Assembly (NCBI GenBank): GCA_944332005.1
Contig: CALVJD010000002.1
Span: 3,836 to 67,835, forward strand
DNA: 64,000 nt
Reading direction: 5' to 3'
Source of the DNA: an uncultured Bacilli bacterium
GTDB taxonomy: Bacteria > Bacillota_I > Bacilli_A > RF39 > UBA660
Of this stretch, positions 59,113-64,000 are shown in pieces. The notes beneath the pieces are model-generated. The model searched no databases. It worked only from the letters and a program-made list of their open reading frames with translations, and was not told where the DNA came from. The position numbers and the translations under genes are program-made. The stretch's first letter is position 1; every line of letters starts with the position of its first letter.

Positions 59113-61212
59113 ATGTTAAGAAAATATCCATTTGTACCACAAGAAGGAGAAAAAGATTGCGGTGTTGCATCACTTGCGATGATTATTCTATTTTATAAAG
59201 GTAATGTACCACTGGAAAAGTTACGGGAATTATCGAAAACGGATCGTAGAGGTGTAACAGCCTATCATTTAGTAGAATGTGCGAAAGAAATTGGGTTTCA
59301 TGCAAGAGGTCTCAAATGTTCGTTAGAAGACTTGGAGCGTAATCTTCATTATCCTATGATTGCTCATGTCACATTAGAAAAGAAATACCAACATTATATT
59401 GTCATTTATCGAATTGAACCCTCAAAAAAACGACTTTTAGTCGCAGATCCTAGCGAAAGAAAAATAAAGCGCATTAGTTATCAAGAATTTCTTGAAATTT
59501 GGGATCAAATTGTGATTGAGCTATACCCTTATAAACAATTACCTCGTTATCATAATTCGACTTCTTTTTTCGAATTATTACGTTCACTCGTTAGTCACTT
59601 TAAATGGGAATTACTACAAGTCTTTTTTCTGTCGATATTTGTAACCTTATTTGCCATTATACTCTCTTTTTATTTTCAGTCGATGATCGATGGTATTCAG
59701 TACTATTCGAATAAAGACTATTTCTTTCATCTGTTTCTTATTTTCCTTACCTTTGCTTTTTTAAAAGAAATGACCAATTATTTTCGAAATGATTTGATGA
59801 TTCGCGTTGCTCATCGAATCGATTACTTACTTACAAATGGAACGTTTGAAAAACTTTTACATCTTCCTTATTATTATTATCGTAGCCGAACAACAGGAGA
59901 AGTTGTATCACGAATGAATGATCTAGGAGTTGTCCAAAATTTTATTAGTCGATTGTTTGTGACTGTTTTTGTCGATTGTTTGTTATCGATAATTTGTCTC
60001 ATTTGTCTATTTTTTATTGATTTTAAGTTAACTTGTATTGCCTTATTAATGGCTTTTGGATATGGAGTAATATGGTGGTTTTTTCGCCCTTGGTTTTCTA
60101 AATATATTCAAAAAGGACAAGCCTTGCGCGGTGAGGTCCATTCGCATATGGTGGAATCCATTGCCGGATACGAAACGATTCAAGCTTTATCTTTAGAAAA
60201 TAATAGACAAGAAGAGTTAGAGACAAAGTATTATCGCTGGACGCACAATCAAATCAAAGGGGAAACACTTTATAACATTCAACTATTTTTAAAAGAATTG
60301 CTAGGTCAAATTGGATTTTTGTGGTTAATTTTGATGGGGATTTACGCGGTTTTAGATCAACGCATCAGTTTAGGTATGTTACTAACATATCAAATGTTAT
60401 TTTCCTATTTTATGGAACCTGTAAAAGCATTTATGGATGCGGATACCAATTTTAAAGAAGTGAAATTTGCTTTGAAACGAGTCTTAGAACTGTTTGTGGA
60501 AAGAGAAGAGGAAAAGACATTACTAGTCCCATTCTCACTTCCGATCGTATTTCATCATCTGAATTATACTTATAATGATCAAAAGTTGATTTTAAAAAAC
60601 ATTAATTTAACATTCAAACAAGGTGAAAAAACAATGATTGTCGGAAATAGTGGTGGTGGAAAGAGTACACTATTAAAATTGATTTTACATGATTATCCGC
60701 TCAAACGAGATCAACTTCAAATTGGTGGATACGATATTAATGATTATGATCGTAAAGAGTTAAAACAGAATATTGCTTATATTTCACAACAAGAAATGTT
60801 ATTTACAGGAACTCTTTATGATAATTTAACACTTGATCGACAAGTCTCACAAGATACATTTTCGAAAATAGTTCAGTTATGCGAAATTGATCAAATTATT
60901 CAAAATGAACCATTAGGATATTTTATGTTGATCGAAGAAGACGGTTTTAATTTATCCGGTGGTGAAAGAGAACGTATTTTTCTTGCTCGTGCACTTCTTC
61001 GTAATCAATCTTTTTTAATGATCGATGAAGGAATGGGACAGATGGATCTTTCGATGGAACGACGTATCTTAAAAAGGATGATTGAGGAATATCCAGCAAT
61101 GACCTTGATTGTGGTATCTCATCGTACTGATAATCAAGATTTGTTCGATCGTATGATCGAAATTAATAAAGGAAAAATTAGAAAAGATGTGAGAAGAAAT
61201 GTCGTGGAATAA
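59113..61212 (+). CDS. bacteriocin-processing ABC transporter with an N-terminal C39 peptidase domain (SunT/LagD/ComA-like)
   Basis: C39 catalytic Cys (GEKDCGVASL) and His; six TM helices; Walker A GNSGGGKST; ABC signature LSGGERERI. Confidence 0.9.
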   Translation: MLRKYPFVPQEGEKDCGVASLAMIILFYKGNVPLEKLRELSKTDRRGVTAYHLVECAKEIGFHARGLKCSLEDLERNLHYPMIAHVTLEKKYQHYIVIYRIEPSKKRLLVADPSERKIKRISYQEFLEIWDQIVIELYPYKQLPRYHNSTSFFELLRSLVSHFKWELLQVFFLSIFVTLFAIILSFYFQSMIDGIQYYSNKDYFFHLFLIFLTFAFLKEMTNYFRNDLMIRVAHRIDYLLTNGTFEKLLHLPYYYYRSRTTGEVVSRMNDLGVVQNFISRLFVTVFVDCLLSIICLICLFFIDFKLTCIALLMAFGYGVIWWFFRPWFSKYIQKGQALRGEVHSHMVESIAGYETIQALSLENNRQEELETKYYRWTHNQIKGETLYNIQLFLKELLGQIGFLWLILMGIYAVLDQRISLGMLLTYQMLFSYFMEPVKAFMDADTNFKEVKFALKRVLELFVEREEEKTLLVPFSLPIVFHHLNYTYNDQKLILKNINLTFKQGEKTMIVGNSGGGKSTLLKLILHDYPLKRDQLQIGGYDINDYDRKELKQNIAYISQQEMLFTGTLYDNLTLDRQVSQDTFSKIVQLCEIDQIIQNEPLGYFMLIEEDGFNLSGGERERIFLARALLRNQSFLMIDEGMGQMDLSMERRILKRMIEEYPAMTLIVVSHRTDNQDLFDRMIEINKGKIRKDVRRNVVE

Positions 61213-61654
61213 GAAAATACTAGGTTTTCAATTGCTTAATCAACGCCCTAAACTATACAAGTTTTGGCTGGTATTACTAGTTTTTCTAGTGATCGTTGGT
61301 ATCATATTACTATTTCGTTCTTATACTACTTTTATCGAATGTACTGGACTTGTCGCACGAGAAGAAGATCGTTTTGATGTTAGAATATTGATTCAAGAAG
61401 ATGATATTCCATATTTATCTCATCACAGAGTCTTAATTAAGGGAAGGATAGAACAATTTCAAATTGAACACATCAGCGAATCTTATACTGTTGGTAATGA
61501 CGGTAATTTATATCGTGAAATTTTCTTGACATTCCCGCTTTTGGAAGAAGAAAAAATAGAAAATAACATTTTGTTTTTAACTTTTCAAAAGGAACGAATG
61601 AAGGGATTTCAATGGTTAAAAAAACAAATAGAAAAGGGGTTTCATAATGAATGA
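61199..61654 (+). CDS. bacteriocin export accessory/immunity-like membrane protein (possibly a truncated HlyD-like accessory factor)
   Basis: 151 aa with one N-terminal TM helix. It overlaps the transporter end and precedes the precursor peptides. Confidence 0.4.
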   Translation: MSWNKKILGFQLLNQRPKLYKFWLVLLVFLVIVGIILLFRSYTTFIECTGLVAREEDRFDVRILIQEDDIPYLSHHRVLIKGRIEQFQIEHISESYTVGNDGNLYREIFLTFPLLEEEKIENNILFLTFQKERMKGFQWLKKQIEKGFHNE

Positions 61655-61790
61655 GTTATCAAAACAAGAATTATTAAAAATAAACGGTGGAGGCATTAGT
61701 TTTGGAATCGGCTGCCTTATTGTTGGCGCGGTAATTTTTTTAATCGGTGTTATAGATGGTTATTTAAGACCATTAAAATGTAATGAATAG
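61647..61790 (+). CDS. class II bacteriocin precursor with a double-glycine leader (peptide A)
   Basis: Leader MNELSKQELLKINGG. The 32-aa hydrophobic mature peptide GISFGIGCLIVGAVIFLIGVIDGYLRPLKCNE has 2 Cys. This ORF is not in the track. Confidence 0.75.
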   Translation: MNELSKQELLKINGGGISFGIGCLIVGAVIFLIGVIDGYLRPLKCNE

Positions 61791-61800
61791 GAGGGATGAT

Positions 61801-61968
61801 ATGCAAGAATTATCAAAACAAGAAATGTTGCAGATCGAAGGGGGAATTAGCATTTCCGGAACCTTGATCAATTCTTTGGTACGAGGAATCAATGCTTTAT
61901 TAGATTTAGGTCGTGCACTAGGTAGTGCTATCAGAAGATTACAAGGAAATAATATATGTCCACTTTAA
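61801..61968 (+). CDS. class II bacteriocin precursor with a double-glycine leader (peptide B)
   Basis: RBS aggaggg. Leader MQELSKQEMLQIEGG. The 40-aa mature peptide is amphipathic and cationic. Confidence 0.75.
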   Translation: MQELSKQEMLQIEGGISISGTLINSLVRGINALLDLGRALGSAIRRLQGNNICPL

Positions 61969-62132
61969 AACACTTTTATCAAAACCATAAATTAATGATT
62001 CAGATAGGAGGTACCATTTTGTTACTTCCTTTCTTGCTTCCAATTGTCACGGTTCTGATAGAAATACTATTTGATAGTGGACAAATCATCGGAGATTATA
62101 TTCGTCGTATCACTGAAATTGGTATTTGTTAA
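61956..62132 (+). CDS. small hydrophobic ORF overlapping the end of peptide B, putative immunity peptide; a TTG start at 62026 after aggagg is an alternative
   Basis: 58 aa from the ATG, or 35 aa from the internal aggagg..TTG. It has a hydrophobic helix LLLPFLLPIVTVLIEILF. The last position in a bacteriocin operon is usually the immunity gene. Confidence 0.35.
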   Translation: MSTLKHFYQNHKLMIQIGGTILLLPFLLPIVTVLIEILFDSGQIIGDYIRRITEIGIC

Positions 62133-62152
62133 AATACAAATTCTGATGATCG

Positions 62153-62186
62153 AAAGGCTTATTTTGTTTTAAAATAAGCCTTTTTT
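62153..62186 (+). terminator. rho-independent terminator of the bacteriocin operon
   Basis: aggcttatttt..aaaataagcct followed by a T-run. Confidence 0.8.
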
Positions 62187-62317
62187 AATGATGTAAATAA
62201 TGGAATTTAGTGAAAGGAATGAAATTAATGTGATATTTTGCTTTTTCTTGTATTTATTATTGAACTATCAAAAGAGAAGTGTTATAATATCTCTAGCTGA
62301 GAAGGGAGGGATTATGT

Positions 62318-62521
62318 ATGACAAAAGTTATTGTTCGAAATGGAAATGTGGAAAGCGCACTTCGTACTTTCAAACAAAAAAATGTGAAAAGTGGCCTCCT
62401 AAAAGAAGTTCGCGAGCGACAAGAAGGTTATATGAAACCTGGAGTTAAAAGAAGAAAGGCAAAACAAGAAGCAATTAAAAATAGTCGTAGAAAAAATAGA
62501 AGAGAACGTAATTATAATTAA
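62318..62521 (+). CDS. rpsU: 30S ribosomal protein S21
   Basis: 67 aa with the S21 pattern ALRTFKQK..G.L.EVRER..Y.KP. RBS aagggaggg. Confidence 0.85.
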   Translation: MTKVIVRNGNVESALRTFKQKNVKSGLLKEVRERQEGYMKPGVKRRKAKQEAIKNSRRKNRRERNYN

Positions 62522-62566
62522 TGGAGGGGCTTTTATGCCTCTTTCTTGTTATAGAAAGGATAGAAT

Positions 62567-63004
62567 ATGAGAGAAAGAATTTTAACGGATATTAAAAATG
62601 CAATGAAAAGTCAAAACAAATTTCGCCTGACCGTACTGCGTATGTTAAAGGGTGCTATGCAACTAGAGGAAATCAATAAGAAAAGAGAACTTAACGATGA
62701 TGAAGTGATCATGATTATCTCTAAACAAATAAAAACCAGAAAAGAATCGATTGCTGAATTCGAAAAAGGTGGCAGAGATGATCTAGTGGATCAGACGAAT
62801 CGCGAGATTGAAATATTGAATGAGTATATGCCAGAGCAACTTTCTGAAGAAGAACTAATGGCTATTATTGATCGTGTCATGAAAGAAGTAAATCCAACTA
62901 GTGTCAAAGATATGGGAAAAGTGATGGCTGCCATTACGCCATTTATCAAAGGAAAAGCTGATATGGGATCTGTTAGCAAAATGATTCGTGAACGTTTAAG
63001 CTAA
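62567..63004 (+). CDS. yqeY: GatB/YqeY domain protein
   Basis: 145 aa. The conserved rpsU-yqeY pair is present. Confidence 0.8.
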   Translation: MRERILTDIKNAMKSQNKFRLTVLRMLKGAMQLEEINKKRELNDDEVIMIISKQIKTRKESIAEFEKGGRDDLVDQTNREIEILNEYMPEQLSEEELMAIIDRVMKEVNPTSVKDMGKVMAAITPFIKGKADMGSVSKMIRERLS

Positions 63005-63005
63005 A

Positions 63006-63026
63006 AAAGAACGACGTTCTTTTTTA
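63006..63026 (+). terminator. rho-independent terminator
   Basis: agaac-gac-gttct followed by a T-run. Confidence 0.65.
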
Positions 63027-63081
63027 TTTGCTTTTTTGCAATGATAATGCTAGAATATTCTTGGAAAGTAAGGTAGATAAA

Positions 63082-63504
63082 ATGTATCAATTAGATCATT
63101 TTTTAATGGAGAAAAATAAGTATCAACAAAGTTTGTCTTTTATTGAGGCAAATGTAGCGGATTCCAAAGAAAGAGAAAGACAAATCGAAGTGTTAAAAAA
63201 GCAATTTCATTCTAGCATTGGATTATATTTATCGCCCGCTATTCAATATTTGAGTCAAGTTTTTCAAATTCATTATCAAGTTGTGAAAGAGACAATGGGG
63301 TACGATTCCAATTTTCATAAAATTTCTACACAAGTTCCTAAAACAGAAGAAGAGCTTATTCAAGATATGAAAAATTTCAAGAATCAAGCTCAAAACTACG
63401 ATGAAGAAGTTAAACATAAAGTCGACCTTGCGATCGAAGTGATCGCAAATTATTACCATTTGGATTTTGGAGCAAATGAAAAAGAAAGAGAAAAACGATT
63501 TTAA
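63082..63504 (+). CDS. hypothetical protein
   Basis: 141 aa from the ATG at 63082. No domain recognised. Confidence 0.45.
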   Translation: MYQLDHFLMEKNKYQQSLSFIEANVADSKERERQIEVLKKQFHSSIGLYLSPAIQYLSQVFQIHYQVVKETMGYDSNFHKISTQVPKTEEELIQDMKNFKNQAQNYDEEVKHKVDLAIEVIANYYHLDFGANEKEREKRF

Positions 63505-63687
63505 AAAGTCGTTTTTTTCGTGAAAAAAAGTCAAAAGAAACGATAAAAGTTCTTGTTTTCACATACAATATATGGTATATTATTTATGGCTTTTTCAAAT
63601 ACACACAACGGGGATTTTATTGCCTAGTGCCTAGTTAGGTGGCAATAATTAGAAACGTTGGAGGAAAAAAACAAAAGGAGGAATAGT

Positions 63688-64000
63688 ATGGCAGTTGTGT
63701 CAATGAGTTATTTATTAGAAGCTGGTGTTCATTTTGGACATCAAACCAAAAGATGGAATCCAAAAATGAAGGAATACATCTTTACTTCAAGAGATGATAT
63801 TTATATTATCGACTTACAAAAGACAGCAAAAATGATCGATGAAGCTTATCAAGCTTTAAAGGAAATTGCTGCAAATGGTGGAAAGGTTTTATTCGTTGGA
63901 ACGAGAAAACAAGCTCAAGAAGCAATTAAAGAAGAAGCACTTCGTAGTGAATCTTACTATGTTACAGAAAGATGGTTAGGTGGAACTTTAACGAATTTCA
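63688..64000 (+). CDS. rpsB: 30S ribosomal protein S2, N-terminal part (continues beyond the window)
   Basis: The N-terminal sequence [27 protein letters not shown] is a typical S2 N-terminus. RBS aaaggagg. Confidence 0.9.
   Translation, partial: MAVVSMSYLLEAGVHFGHQTKRWNPKMKEYIFTSRDDIYIIDLQKTAKMIDEAYQALKEIAANGGKVLFVGTRKQAQEAIKEEALRSESYYVTERWLGGTLTNF

Noticed and set aside
62200-62448. 82-aa ORF overlapping rpsU in another frame
   Set aside because: The S21 frame has a strong RBS and a conserved sequence. The overlapping frame is low-complexity and lacks an RBS.

Overview
This 64 kb window is chromosomal DNA from a low-GC Firmicute. Its backbone matches Bacillus/Clostridium-type synteny: ylbD-ylbE-rsmD, rpsU-yqeY, parE-parC, spoVS, a SpoIID-like gene and a SrtB pair. 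Recognisable core genes are dnaE (3' end), recG, an NfeD-SPFH pair, a murF-like gene next to ddl, copA, a 3-hydroxyacyl-CoA dehydrogenase, an acyl-CoA ligase, sufU, ssb, pdp, rpoZ, recX, a cysteine desulfurase, ftsK, parE, parC, rsmD, rpsU and rpsB (5' end). There are nine tRNA genes in three groups. Lys and Val sit on the minus strand, divergent from Ile-Asn-Glu-Leu-Ser on the plus strand; Gly(GCC) and Gly(TCC) are both on the minus strand. Accessory content: (1) a very AT-rich 3.4 kb islet against the 3' end of tRNA-Gly(TCC), carrying one minus-strand operon. The operon encodes an ASCH/PUA-like protein whose stop overlaps the start of a truncated class-I lysyl-tRNA-synthetase-like protein with HIGH-like and KMSKS-like motifs and a Zn knuckle. 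A gene of unknown function follows and is split by a frameshift in an A7 tract. This is my best candidate for an undescribed system. (2) A class II double-glycine-leader bacteriocin locus (C39-peptidase ABC exporter, accessory gene, two precursor peptides, small membrane ORF) lies between rsmD and rpsU. (3) A NERD plus Cas4-like/DUF2779 nuclease pair. (4) A tail-less SSB with three cI/Cro-like XRE regulators. (5) A Mur ligase next to ddl whose N-terminal domain is replaced by transmembrane helices. No CRISPR arrays, rRNA genes, transposases or integrases were seen. The supplied ORF track translates GTG/TTG starts as M, so several starts were moved to the nearest RBS-supported ATG.
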